DNA of 32,000 bases, taken from an uncultured bacterium. Its GTDB lineage: Bacteria > Auribacterota > JACPWU01. The position numbers and the translations under genes are program-made. Within the stretch, counting starts at the first letter, position 1. Every line of letters begins with the position of its first letter. This document shows positions 1-15,000 of this stretch, in pieces. Location: contig CAZXEQ010000002.1 of NCBI GenBank assembly GCA_964640155.1, positions 240,001 through 272,000 of the forward strand. Reading direction: 5' to 3'. Below the pieces are notes generated by a model. That model did no database searches, was not told the DNA's origin, and was given only the letters and a program-made list of their open reading frames with translations.

Positions 1-3000
1 ACGCTTAAGAACTGGATGCCCTCGAGAGAAAACAGTGTCAACTCTTTCACTCAAAACATTCAAAGCTTTTGTTGGATTTCGATCATTCGTCACCAAATAA
101 CCATAAGCCAAGTGGGTTGTTGCATAATTGGTTACTTCTTCGGACAATTCAACAGCCCTTTGACTAACCTCATGATGAAGCTGGGGACGATCAGCTAAAT
201 TCAAATATTTCTCAATAGCGTTATAAGGCTTCCCAAGCCCTTCAAGATAGGTGATATCTAAAGGTTCTGCCTGTACAGCCGCTCGCACCATCACTAATCT
301 CAAGAGATCACTTAAAACAGCCTTCCCCGCTTGTGCATCTTCACGAGAACGAATATCTTCATTATAAAGAGAGGTGATTTGAACGGCCTCAGAATGGGTG
401 ATTGAACGAGGCTTTTCATCTTTCCTGACAGGTTGATATCCAATAATTTCCGAAACCTCATGAGCAAGCGCGCCCGCTGCAATATTCGGCCCTCTGCGCT
501 TCAACAAAGCTTCAAGTTCATTTGCCTTTGAAAATCCATGTCCTCTATTAAGAAGAGCTGTAGGAATATAAATGGTATAAATTAAATTCCCTTTGTCATC
601 GACTTGGGACTCTGAAATCGCAGGAATAGGTTGAAGCCCATAACCTTCTCTTTCAAATCCTGTCACGTCTGGGCCTAAATCTACAGGCTGAACACGAATG
701 AAAGCTTCTTGATATTGAACGCCATTGATCTCTTTAGCTTTTGCAAGCTGGATCTTAGATGCCTTTCTTTGACCTTTTTTCCCGGATTTCACGCCCAACA
801 AAGCATCTGCAACCCGTTCACTGTGTCCTTGATAGCCTGGAATATCTCCTGCTCCTTCTAAGAGATCACTAACGCCTGTCTCATTAAAATCTTTCCCCGT
901 CATAGGGACTTTGTTTCTACCTTGCTTCTGTACAATAGCTCGAATTCGGGTAAGTACTCTCGCTTCTTCATCACGCTCCAAATGAAACTCATTGGGTGCT
1001 CGTGCGGTGATGGGAGTTCCCGCCGCTGCAACGCTTAAGACTGCATCAGGGGGTTCGACGAATGCTAGAGCTGGTACTTCTGCTGGTACAGGAGCCCTAC
1101 CAGAATCAGTCAAAACCGCTCGACGAGTAGCAATCATAGTAATCCGCTTCTCCAACCCCTCAAACCATCCCTTCACAGGTTCTGAAAATTTTAACTCCTT
1201 TCGATTGGCACGATCAACATTCGGATCGAAGTCAAAAAGAAAATCTAAACTTTTCTGACCACCTGGAGCATCAGCTGTATAACTTGCCGCATCAGACATA
1301 TAAAAAACTTTTAAAATTTCAAAAAACTCTTGCATCGATTTTCCTGATTCACCTGCCATTTTTTGAATCACAACACTTGCTTCTTCTGCAGTTATGAGCT
1401 CTTTCATATATTCCCCCACCGGATCTCCACTGAGAAGTGCTTGAGCAAGTTTGATTTCATTTTCAGAACAATCAAGCTGTCTTAGAAGAAGTCCTACAAT
1501 ACGAACCGTGTGTATATGCTGATCTCTTTTGTCTCCTTGCATAATCGCTAAATTTTTTCCGATATCATGAATCGCAAGAATCATTCTAAAAAAAACTTTA
1601 TCCACACCAGGAATATCTCTATTGCCAAAATAATGTTCAAACTGACGTAAAACCATCTCTGTGTGTTGTTCAATGGTGTAACCCTCTACAAGGTCCGCGC
1701 CTGCTTCTAATTGTTCTTTAAGGAATGGGTTTGCATCCTTTAAGGCTTTTATGAAGGCTTGCGGGCTAAATGAAGTGGCCGATTGAGCTGCCAGCTGACG
1801 AATATTTGAAACATGGGAGCTATTAATACTCTTAAAAGTATTAGAAGAAAGTTCTGATAGTTTCTTTTGAGCTTCTTCAAATGCCTTCCAAAGCCCCGTT
1901 TCTTCGCGTAACACTCTATTTACTTTTTCTTTAGCCTTGCTGATAGCAGCTTGAACATCTGACCTATTTCGAATATTTTCTGGAACTTGTTTTAACATAC
2001 TCTCCAGTACACGTTGACTGATAAGGTCTGTTCGAATGATTGCTTCATCACGAAAACCACTTCGACGTCTCTCTCTAGTGATCCTATCGAATATTCCATT
2101 TGACGCCCTATCTATCTCATCAATTTTCCCAATCACCAATTTTTCGAAAAGATTATTAATCCCCTCGGTATGATTCAAAGCCAAGACTTCATCTTGTAAA
2201 AAAAGGCCCTGAATCATTTCTACTACGGAATTAACATCTTCCAAATAACCCGAAGAGGAGACACTTCTTGTTCTTAGTTGTTCGCGTTGATCCGAAGGTA
2301 GTTTTTTCAAAATCTTATTGAAAGCTCCTTTAAACTTATAGATCTTTCCCTTAAGCGAATAAACCGTTGGAACCTCTAAAATTTTACAAAGCCTTTCCAA
2401 AACAGCTTCCTCTTGACCGTTGCCAGATGTATATTCCCGCAAGAAGACTTGTTCGACAGCACGAAAGAGATCCGATAAGGGAATTTCATTCAATTCATTA
2501 AAAACTTTTTCTTCTTCTCTTAAAAATTTCTGTCGTTCTCGTTCTTTTAACTCTTCATAATCGCGTGTTGTAAATTCTTTACAAGGCACCTTATCTGTTG
2601 AGTCTTTGTGCATCACCGTAATAGAATTCCCTACTCGGGCCACCACATCCCAAAAAATAGGTCGCCCTCTTAACGCTCCCATTGTAGAAGTAACGATAAT
2701 TCTTCCTTCATTACTGTCGCTTGCTTTATACGTTTCAGCTGTTTCTATACCGTCAAGGCCAACGCCCCAATCCGAGCCCCCTAGCTTGGTATCTCCTAGT
2801 AAACCAGCAAACTTTCTTGGAACACTTCTATAAACAGGAACATCATCAGGGAAAAGAGTCATGGTTAAAAGCATTCTCAAATCAGCACGTACGCCCGTCT
2901 TAAAATTTATTCCCATTTCATTGAGAGTTTTCCGGACAAGATCTAGTACTTGAGCACTATTTTGATAGTTTCCGTTTGCTTTTCGACTCACAGCCTCTCG

Positions 3001-6000
3001 AACTTCCCTAATTTTGCTCTCATTTTGTAATAAGACGACCGCTGATCTTTCTTCATCAGAAAGAGAATCCAAAAATTCTTTGATCAATTGGCCCACGTTT
3101 TTATTTGCATCCCAATGGGGATTCTTTAAATGAGCGTTCATCCCATTGAGGATGTTTAACACGCCTTGTGTTGATAAAATTCTTCCTAATTGAGGATATG
3201 TTAAGCTCATAACCTCCTCGTCTACAGTGCTCATCATTGAAATATTTTCTACTGTAGGAGAAATTTTTCTGACTTCCAGAGTATGCACTCTCTCAAAAAA
3301 CTCAGCGAGGATGTGAGCAGGGTCTGCTGATGGATTTCGAAGTGTCAACTGAACATTACCAGAAGCATCAAAGGCGACATCTATGCCTTGCACTTCGAAA
3401 AATGCTATGAGTGCTTCTCTGATATTGTTCGAGCTCGTCGAGAACGAAGCTAAAACTTGTTTTAATTTTTGCTTTGGATTTGAATCAAGACCTAAGTAAA
3501 ATTCACTAAGTTCATGAATAGCCAATTGAACGAGAGCATTGTTATCAGCATTTTCATAAAAAGTTTGTGTGGTATAAACCTTTCCACCGGGTCCTCGGAA
3601 AGCAACCACTTGTTTTGTAACAGGCTTTCCTCCTCTTTTTTGCTCGATCACTGTAAAAAAGGGAGCGCCTTTGTCCAAACTTACAGTGACTTGTGTGTCG
3701 CCACTTTTAAATGTAATCGCACTTATAGATTCAAACGTCACAATCTCTTCCAAACCTTTACCCTCTGAGCCCGCCAATCCATAACGCCCTAAAAATTCAT
3801 CTGCTGTTTTTTCAATCTCATCAAGTTTAGCTTCAGAACGAGTATGAGACACTCGTCCGACCACTTTACTTGCATTGTCAGTATTTTCTAACGCCTTCAA
3901 AACTTCTCCCACTCTCGTCTCAGAGATCGGATGTGAACCTTCGACAGGTTTTGTGGCGGTCCCTCCCATGGTATCTCCTCCACGTGTTGTTCCTGCGCTA
4001 TTAATAATGTTCAAAGCATCTTGAAGAACTTTAGTACGATCTCCTAGAGACACCTCCGCTAACGCCTGAGCAATAGGACCTAACAGTACTCCGTGCAAAG
4101 CAGCATCAAATGGAATTCGGCCTAAACCAATATCACGCGCTATTTCCAACACCGTTGACTTTTTTGAAAAGTCTCTCGCCAGTTGCTGAGCAACTACTTT
4201 ATTTCGAGTTTGTTGAGACAACCCTTGCTTTAGGGCATTCATGACTCGTACTTGTGGTGATTCAAACCATCCGCTCATAGCGTCAAAGACCGAAAGATTC
4301 TTCATAAATGCTTCAATCACAGGGATACGACTTAAAAATGGCATCGCTGAAGAATATTCAGAAAATTGTGGATGATTATCTCCTCCTCCATTCTTAGGAA
4401 TCTGATCACTATATTCATAACCCGGGATAAGAAGAGCTTTTGGAAAATCTAAGAGCAGGGTATTTGTTTTAACGCCAAAACGAGTAACTGTTAGACTTTT
4501 GGGTTGTATATCTGCTAGCCAAACAATGGGATTTCCTTTTTCATCTCGAGTACTTTTAAAGTGAAAATAAATTTCTCCATTTTGAGATTCGAAAATATGA
4601 TTTTGAATCTCTCCATAAAGTGCCCCCTTGCTTGTAAATTTTTGCACCAGGCGACTAAAGTTAGGAGCATATCCCTGTTCAAATTGAATTGAAGAAAGAT
4701 CATCCTTATTTGTCTGACGAGCAATCGTACGTTTCTGGCCTGCAGACTGAGGCGCCATGTCCAATAAAGGTCCAACTTGTTGAAACAATGTTTGTCCCAG
4801 CACCAAAGAAACTTCAAAATCTTTAGGAGCTAACGGACCTCGCATTCCTTTCTCAAGCAATTCATAAAAAAGATTGCCATACTTTGGAAAGTCTCTCTCA
4901 TTACTTTTTTCTATATTTTGATGAATCCAGGCTAACTCTGCCTGGATTTCAATAGGCAAAGATGTTGACTTTTCACTCTTAAAACCCTTTCCAATCCATC
5001 CTCCTGATTCATGAGAAGCAGTCCGCCAAACATCCTGAGAGTTACTTAAATAACAAGAACGAACATAAACTTCACCTTTATGATGAAGATAAAGAATACA
5101 GACGGGCCTCCCTTCGGAATCACGATATGGATCCGAAAAATAATAAACTGCATCTGGGGCACTCACACCAGGATAAGCAATCTGATAACGTGGCTCTAAT
5201 CCAAGCCCATCAAGTTCGGCAAGTGTCATATTTGCATTATAAATATGAACCGGAGCTCCCGAAGCCACAACCCCTTTTAGACTTGTTGCAGCAGTTCCTC
5301 CTCTATAATCTCTTCGTACTTGTTGTAGCAAAACCTTTCGAACATTTAAGCGGCTTTGAGCCTTTTGAATAGCATTTCGTACTGTATCAATGTCCTTTAA
5401 ACTTTTAAAAACCACTTCCAAAGTTGAAACATCTGCTAACTGCGCTCTTTCAACAAAAGCTTCCAACTGTCTTACCATTTTAGGAAGAATACTTTTTTCA
5501 ATAAATTCTAGAGGAGATTCTTTGGTGTAAGTTGCGACTTTAAAATTCATTTTCGCAAAACCAACCAGCCCTTTGGAAAAATCAGGCCATCTTTCTGCTT
5601 GTATAGTCCCTAACACCATTCTTTCTAATTCCTGAGCCACATTCTTCCAAAGAGAACCAAGAACTCGAATATATTTTTGTGCATTGTCAGATTTATCACC
5701 ATAAAATTCAATCATTGCTAAACATACATTTGCCAATACTACCCTTTCTTCTAAACTGATACCTTCCCTGGAAACCCAACTATTAATAGAAGCATCTGCA
5801 CCTGTAGCAAGCTTTTGCATCCATTCACGGCCTTTTACAGATTCTTCTGTCTCAATCCATGAAACAAGAGAATAAACTCTCATAAATTCTGAAGGATTTA
5901 ATGCACTTAAAGCTTTTTGAATCTCTACCTCAGCCAAAGGAATCAATTTATTTTTGATAACAACATGCTGTTCATCAAAAACTGATCTTCCTGCCAAATT

Positions 6001-9000
6001 ATTGTAAAAAACCCCAAAAACCTCATCCCATTCTGTACAAATTGTTTTGAATCCAATATTAAGATGTTCTCGGCTTTCAATCAGAGAATCCACAATCGCA
6101 GAAGCTCGTGCTCGAAATGCTTTATCGATACGAGAAGATACCTTTTGAAATTCACTGCTAACCCTCAGTTTCCCTAGATCTGGACTCGATACAAGTTCTG
6201 CAAGTTTTTCAAGAGAAGAAGCTTGTTGAATCTGAACTTCAAAAGCTTGAACTTTTTGCCCTATATCTTCAGAGACAATCATCTCTTCAGAGGGTTGAAG
6301 TCCCCTACCCCCTCTTATCATCCTATCTACCTCAGCTCTTTGTCGGCCCTGAAATTCTTGATAACCTGGAAGAGACGCTAAGCGAGCCCTCGCATCTCGA
6401 ATATCAGAAAGAGAAGGATTCTGTTTCCCGATAAAATTCTTGGCTGCATTAACATCAATTCCTATTAAAACCTTACTTCGTAGATCTGCTTCTAAACCGC
6501 TAAGACCTTGTTCAATCTCCCTAAACTCTTCATCTGTCATCACAGATTTTGCCCGAGCCTCTCGGCGTTTCATATCTTGATAATCAGCTCGTGCGTGAAG
6601 ACGATCCAAAGCCCGTTGAAGCACTTCTTTAGAGATATCTTTGACACCCAACAAAGCCAAAAATCCTGAACAGGGCAGAACGTTCTGTACCCCTAAATTC
6701 GGTTCTTTGCCTCCTCCTTTAGCGATCCATATGGATAATACATACTCTATGTCCCTTAAAACTTCATCACTTAATACAATGGGTAGAGGCGATGTGGTCA
6801 TAACATAGGTTATCTCGTCTTGATTTCCTCGATTAATGATTATTTCTCCTTCTTCATTGAGATGCAACATTCCTGCATTTTCTAAAATCATCCCTTGGCT
6901 TTTTGTGAGTGGATAATTTTTTCTTCCGTCTCTGGCAACAATGCTGCCCGACTCGTTGTATTCTACGTAAACTCTAGATCGTGGAGTGACAATGCCAATT
7001 CTAACACCATGTGAGAGAGGCAAGGCTTTTACTCCAGACGGCTCTAATGTCTTTGCTGAAAAAACATTCACAACAGGAAAACCTCCACCATAAATCTCTT
7101 GTAAAATGGAAGCCAATTCTTGCTTCTGCGATGCTTCCATCCCGCTCATACGATCCACCCAAAAATAAAGAGCAGAAATTTGTTCAAGAGACAAAGCCCC
7201 TTGGGAAAATAAACTCTTCAAATAGGTTTCTACCGTATTGTAAGGATAGACTCCCTGAGCATACATCGCCATAAAACCACTTAAATAAACAATTCCGTCA
7301 GGAGTTAAGGAAAGAGGAGCTAAAACTGCACCTAAACTATTCTGTATATTTTCCTGAAGCACTTGAGTAGCAGCTTGCCTGAAACTTGCTTCAAAGATCT
7401 GTACTTGTTTTAATTGATCTGGACCTAAAACTTGCCCTATAAGCTCATGATGTGAAAGCCGATCTTCTTGGATAAATCTTACAAGTTTATCAACCGACCA
7501 GTTTTTCATTTTTCTTAACTGCATTCTTAAGAAAGGAGATTCGCTGTAGGAAGTTCTATTATTTTCTACAATTGCATCCGCCCAAGCCAAAGCATGAGCT
7601 TCAGCTTCATCAAAATTTTTACTCGTTCCAGGATTAAATTGTGTAAGTCGAACCGCTTCCCTCGACTCATGATCTACTGCTTCGTCTTGAATAGCCTGAA
7701 CCTCAGATTCATAATCTATTGCCTCTCTCTGCAAGACTGGATCGATCTGGCGATTCACCGCCATATAAAACCTACCCGATCCTTTAGGAAATTCAAAATG
7801 ATGCGCGGTTAAACCTTTCATCTCGGAGGCAGGCGCATACCAAATTCTCATTTTTGTTTTATTCGCATCATTAAGCTCAATTTCTTCTTTTTCGTCTTTG
7901 GCTTGTGCCTCATATCGATTTACAAACGCCTGAAGCTCTGCATCATCGAATTCGACCCCTTTACCTTCATTTCTCAAGCCGACGTCTTTAAGGGCTAGAG
8001 CAGCTTGAGATGGCAAAGCCCCAGCTACGCTTGGCTGAAGCGCCTCACGCCATACCGCTGAAGCCCACTCACCTGAAATCACGCGTGCCATTTGAATAAG
8101 TTGTTGATCTGTAGCTTGGCCTGTCAAATTTTCATTGATCAGCTGGTCCAACCTTTCATCAGCAGAGAGACTTCCTAATCGCGCTAATCGTTCCTCAAAA
8201 TATCTCTCCCACATTTGAAAATCGACAGTAGAATGCCCGCCTAATACCCAGACCATTCTGTTGCCAAAATCAGAACCAAAAGTTTTTAATTCGCCCAAAA
8301 TATTTTTCTGAATATTCGAAGGCAGATTAAGGAAAAATTCTGTCTCAAAAATTCTAGCTAAAGAATCTCCCATATTACCTGTAAGTCCATGTTCTAAACG
8401 CAAATTCGCATCAAAAAGAACAAGCAAGGCTAAATGAGGATATTTTAATAAGGTTTGATCCAAATAAATCTCCCCATTCTCAATACTGAAAACCCTGGGA
8501 ACCTGGGTAAAATGAATTTTTTCGATACGATCAATATTGATTCTTGATCCTGCATGTCTCTTGAATAAGCGAAGTAAACTGGGCCATGCGTCGATAAAAG
8601 CTTGCGGTTGGGGGCGAGAAGACTCATCGACAAACGCCATAGCAGAAGATGGTTCCGAGATTAAAATGTCACCTTGGGGGCCAGCAACTCTCAAAACAAG
8701 TTCTGGAAGTGTAGTACCACCGAAAGCAGCTGAACGATAAGCATTCGTAGCTGTCGGAACAAGTCCTGCTCTCTCACGCAAAGTTCTAATTTCTTCGTGG
8801 TTTCGAATCGCCAAATCAATCACTTGCGCCCATTGCTCTTCAGAAACATTTGCATTTCTCAAAATCATCAAAACAGAACCTGACAATCTTTCCCCTGCAG
8901 CCAAAGTTGCTCTTGCCACTTCAAGAATATTGATAGAAATTTTAGATAAGGAAGTGGCTAGCATACGATAAGCTTCTATTAATCGAAATCTTTCCTGAAT

Positions 9001-12000
9001 ACCACTTAATTGAATTTGAAAATTGGAAATACTCGCTCTTCCATAATAGAGATCCACAATGGCTGCTGCTAAATCCTGAGCTATCAAAGAATGGTTTCTG
9101 GAAAATGCTTTTCCCAATTTTCTCTTCCAATGATTTTCAATTCTAGAAGCCAATAATTTGGCATTATCAGGGAATCCTGTTACAACTAATTCACCTGTAA
9201 GGTAAGTCACCATGCTGTAACAAGCCCTTAAAACATCTAGATTAGGTTGAATTTCATTGGGACCAAGGGGAACTACTGTAATGTTACCAGCTATATCTGT
9301 TATGGGATAACCTTCAGAATCCCAATTTACCTTAAACCCTGGTCGAACATAAACACCGGCCAAAAATCCTTGTCGATTAAAAGTGTAAATATTTTCACCT
9401 TCTGAGGATATTTGAGAAGCCATTCCCCAGTCTATTACTGCAATAGACGGTTCAGAGCTTGATTGAAGATCCACTTCTAAATTTCCATAATGAAGATCTC
9501 CATGGCGTATCCCTTTTTGTGCAAGAGCACCTATAAAATTTCCTATTTGTCCCACAAGAGAGATTTGTTCATGTGGAGATAAATCATAAATTTCTGGAGA
9601 GTCAAATTTAATACTCGCATTCTGATTGCGAATATCGATCATTTTCTTAGTAGAACCACTTTCCGTAAGTTCTCGACGAAATTCTTGAATTTGATATTCA
9701 AGTCGAGCACCTCTTTGTGAAACCATTTTTTCTGATTTTAAAACTTTCACAGCACTTTCAGGTGCAGATTTAAAGAAATCCTCTAAATAAGCATGATAAG
9801 AATCTACAAAGGAATTTGGATTTTGTAGTTCTACTTTAAGCACAAAATTGATAGGCGTTCCGTTAACCATCTTTTGAACAACTATCGCAATACCTTTTTG
9901 CCCAGAACCTAACACTTTCGTAATCACATCAAAATCATAAGCCTCTCCTCTAAGTTTACGTCTGAGCTGATCACGTTGAAGATCCATAATTCCCCCAACT
10001 AACTCGTTCTGAAGAGCTTCATTGGAAGCATAGCCTGTTCCTTGACCACGAATCGTATCTTTCCTTCTCACTTCCCCCGCAATGTCAAGTTCTAATAAGC
10101 CAGGTAAAGTGATAAGGGTTTCTTCTACTACCATGTTTGTTACAACTTCTTCCAAATTTTTCAATCTTCCTATCATTTTAAAAGCAGGCATTTGAAGTAT
10201 TTGCTGTAAGGCAAATCTCTGTTCTTTAGACAAATTGATTAATGCGTTTCCCAAAGCTCCTTCATTAGGGAATGCCCCAGCATAATAACCCACTAAAACA
10301 TAAGCGAGTTTTAAAATAGATTCATAATTTGGGAAAAAATGTCCTGGTAAAAGACTTAAAAAAACAAAGAGATTATTTTCTGGATGGGCAAAAACTTGGT
10401 TGTCAGGATCAAGCCCCATCAAGAAATCTATAATTGTTCTTACTCCTCTCTCACCTAAATACGGAGTTAAATCCTTGATTAAGCGATCATGAAGACTAAT
10501 CAATGCAGCATGTGCTACTTTAACTGACAAATTTCTAGCTCTTTGAACATCGCCTTCACTCAATTGGCCACTGGCCAACAAAGCTTCATTTTCTGGGCTC
10601 AACTCATATCGTTGCATTAATGTAGCAAAATAATCTCTGTCACCTTCCTCTGCTGCATTTCTAAAACTGATTAAAGACAACTCGCTCATGATAGGTTCTG
10701 CATTCCCAGAAACATCTGAAATCCAGACTTGTGCTTGGGTTCTAGAAGCAGGATCTTCATTTAAAAGAGCTTCCCATTGCACAGCCTGCAAATGTTCAAG
10801 CCCTAAAAAGGTTTCTCCAATTTCATGCCCAAATAACGCCAACTGAGCTGCTTGATTCTGGACTGCACTTGCCAAAAAATCTAAACCCCCTCGCGTCACA
10901 TACACCGTATGTTGCTCAATGCCATTTCTAACTCCATCAGGTTTCGTATATGCCATCACAGGACGTTTGCTTTCATCAGTTCTAAACCCAACGTCTGTAG
11001 TCTTCACTACTTGAATATTGAGTTGTACTTGCCGACCATTCCTAAGGGTTACAGACCCGCCTTTTAAAATAGCAGCGACCCATTGATAGAAAAAAGCGAT
11101 TCTAGGATCAAGATCTTGTCGTGTACGAACTTCTTCGTAGAACCTTTCTACAGCAGCCACCAAATTCGCACGCTCTTTCTCATCCATGCTGTCCTCCCCA
11201 AAAAATCCAACCGCTGTATTTACAGATCTCTCTAATTTTTCAGCACCTACATGTGTCCCCGCTGCTTTTCGAGTAGTGGGAGCTGGAGTTTCTAATTTTG
11301 AAATTGCAGCCCGAATATCATCAACTGAAGCTGAGCCATCAATAGCATTTAACACTGTTTCAAGTCCATCAATCGTTGCTGCATCATCGGGATTCACAGA
11401 AGCAAGAGCAGCAGCATAGGGGCTATCTGCTTCACGTAATTTATTCAAGATTTTAATAAGAATGCCTCTCCGATTCGAGATTGGAGACTCTTTTGAAAGC
11501 GCTCGAAGAAATAAAGCATATTTTACAAATCTCATTCCTGTCATAGCAGCCCTGCCTGCATGTGCAGGAGCAAAAGCCCCTGTAAAATCTACACCTAACG
11601 TATCCATTCCTGTTCTAATTTCTTCTTGAACTTCTGAAGGAAGTCTTAAGAAAAACTCTAGTTCTAATGCAGCTGTAATGAGTTCTGCCGTGGCTTTACC
11701 TGCAACATCATAGAGTTCGTACTGTTGATGAATTGCTTCATGAAAAAGAAGATAAGCAATAAAACTAGAATTTTTTGCCAGACGTTCATCATGTAAAATA
11801 AGATGATGAAGACTAATTCTCCCGTTTGAAGTTTGAGCCATACGATCCATAAAAAGAGAAAACCCGATGGGCCCTATTTTATCTGGATCAATCAGGGAAG
11901 AACCATATTGCTGGAGCTTTACCATTACTTCAGGCCAAATTGATTTCAAAACGGTTCCTTGAGGATTTGTATCTGCAGTCCCTTCCAAAGTTATACCATT

Positions 12001-15000
12001 CAAAGTAAAACTTCCTTTTTCTGCATCAAAAACAACTGCCTCTGACGCCATTCCAATTGCAGCAGCTTGCACAGGCTGAGCTGTTAGTCCTACTGCTCTC
12101 CTTAACTTTTGAATTTCAACAGCTCTTGCTTTTACCTCTTTCAATTTGGCTAAAACTTGGTTTTTTCCTGTCACTCGCACATTGGTTAAAAGACTTCGAA
12201 TATCCGAAGATAATACTGCTTCAACCGTAGCACCTGGTTTAGAAAGTCGGCTGATCATCGAATCTAAATTCGCAATCGACACCGCTGCCACTAAACGAGC
12301 GACAACCCGTTCTGGAGTAAGAAGGGAAATCACAGGAGCAATCGGAGGAGCACGTTCTTCTTGATTTAAACGTTCCTCCAATCTTTTCCAGCCTAGTGTG
12401 ACTTGTTCCACTAACGAATCTGAAAGGTTTTTATTAGCTGCATTTCCATCATAAAGAACAGGGAAATCAGCATCGAATTGATTGAGAGCAGCAATAGCAT
12501 CTTGTGTGGAAAGACTATCCAAACTTGCAATAACTCTATCCAATTTAATTTTTGCTTCTTGAAGATCAGGGATCGGAGCACGTGTGCTCGTCCAATAAGG
12601 GAAACTGTTCTCCGCATTTGAAACCGAAAGTGTAGGACGAAACCCCTTTTGAGATTTTCCAAATAAAGTTCTCGATAATTCTCCAGAAGTAAACTGGATT
12701 CCAGCGCGAAGAGTCTTTACAACTTCACGATTAAAGAGTATTCGGACTCCTGTATTTGGACCTTCCACTCCTACCCGGGCTTGCTCTTCAGAAAGATTTA
12801 GAATATTTAAAAATTCATTCCATCTAGAAGCTTTCAAATAAGCATTTCTAACTCTCGGAGATAAAGATGCGACAAAAGCTTTATACTTCTGAGGATCTTT
12901 GAAGCGCAAGCGTTTCGTTAAATCATAATTTACAGCACCATTTGCTATCTCAAGCTCGACAGACTGAACCCCCGGCAAAACCTTTGACATCAATAAAGAG
13001 TAAAGACCTTTTCCACTCAGACTTCCAAAATCTACATTGTGAACAAAAAGAGTATTAGTAGATCTATTAATCCCTAAAGAAATTTGAACATCTGTTGCTG
13101 TTTCAATAAAAATTGAAATAAAGATTTCATTCTCTCCAGATTGAATAGGAGGTGCTCTAATCTGAAATTTTAGAGGATCTCCATTTTCGTCATTAACTAT
13201 TTCCCCATTTTCATACTGCAAGGTAAAACTACCTTGCCTGATAAGCTGAAGAATTACAGGTTCCTCAGCGGCGGGTGGGGCGCGTTCTGCCTGAATAAGA
13301 CGTTCTTCCAATCTTTGCCAAGCTTGAGTAACTTGTTCTACTAACAAATCTGAGATATTTTTATTGGCGGCATTTCCATCGTAAAGAACAGGATAATCCA
13401 TATCAAATTGATTCAACACTTTAATCGCATCCTGCGTAGAAAGACCATCTAAGCTTGCGGTGACTCTATCTAACTCAGCTTTTGCTTTTTGAAGATCAGG
13501 CACAGGAACACGGGTAGCCACCCATTCAGGCCATTTTGAAGATGCAGAAATAGAGATCTTTGGACTAAATCCTTTTTGAATATTTCCAAAAAGAGTTCTC
13601 GATAATTCTCCTGGTGTAAATTGAACTGTTTTCAAAGCTCTTAGAACTCTATTTATAAAAATATTTCGCAAGTCAGAAATACGAGTTTGCTCTTTAACAT
13701 CTGTAGAAGCTTCTGAAAGATTACCCATTTTTTCTAAAAAATGCTCCCAAGTGTTAGAGGTAAGATAGGCATTTTTTACATCGGGAGAAAGATCCGTAAT
13801 AAAAGCTTGATGTCCCTCTATGTCCTTAAACAGAAGTCGTTTGGCCAATGCATAATTTGTATCTCCATTCATCACATCTGTTTCAAACTTATTTATACCA
13901 GGAAGAATTTGCCTCATAACATCACTGACAAGGCCTTGTTTCGCATTTTCTTTCATGTCTATAAAACCGACATATAAAGATTTATTTTCTGAATTAAATA
14001 AAAGCGTCACCTGCATACCAAGCTGCTTAGATAAAATGATAATTTCTCTTTGTCCATTCTCATTCCCAGTTATTTCTTTAACTTGAAACTCGATTTTTTC
14101 TCCATCTCTATCTATCGCTATTAACTTTCCTTCTTGTATGATTTTCAAAATCGCTGGCTGTGGTTCACTCGCAATAGCTCTCACTCGCTTCAAAGCTTCC
14201 TCGAGTACAGCAACCCTTTCTTCTTCTGCAACATTTTCGAGAAGAGGTGTAACTTGGGGCACTGCAAGTCCTCTTTCCCATTGGCTAAATTTATATTCAC
14301 TACCTTTCTTAAGAAGCGTCATTGCTTCAATTGCAGGAGCCAACACCCTTTCTCCAAGAACCATTAATTTTTGAATCACAAAAGGTTCTAGAATTTTTTG
14401 GAATTTCTCGATAGCTTGATCAATAGAAAGTTCCACTCTACTATCTTTAAATTGCACTTTGAGCAGTTCAAGTTTTGAAAGAACCCAAACAATTTCTGAT
14501 TCTTGCTTTGAATTTGCGAAATTTCTTTCCAAAGCATTTAAAGCGTCTGTCACTAAAAGAGTTCTTGTCACTCCATCAAGAATCCTGACTTGCCTCAATG
14601 CCAAAGCAGTCAATGCAACTTCAACTTGTTCTTTAGTACTAGCCATTTGAAATTGATTCATCAGAGCATCTGCTGGTTCTTTAACAATAAATTCAGACAC
14701 ATGCTCTCCCGTTGTTGCTACAAGACCAAAGGTGTAATAACCTAAATCTCCATTAGGGGCTGTAGTATGAAAAATAGTTTCCTGAAGGATAGAAATAACA
14801 CCATGAAAGGCTCGGTCAAGAACTGCTTGTTGAGCAGGATTACGATCAACAATGGCTCCTCCTAACATATAATTGGCAGTAAAAACAGCCACCGTCTCAT
14901 GAGGATTTAACATCCAATAGCGATCATCCTCTGCAGAAGTGGGCTTGATCCCTACTTTCCCATTTGTAAGTTTGAGAACATCATAAGCAAGCCTGTTACT

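Noticed and set aside
6800-6960. Possible second FHA-like segment (IVARDGRKNYPLTKSQGMILENAGMLHLNEEGEIIINRGNQ)
   Set aside because: It has G-R and a T-K-S-Q spacing, but it lacks the conserved His and clear flanking strands. It is too degenerate to assert by eye.
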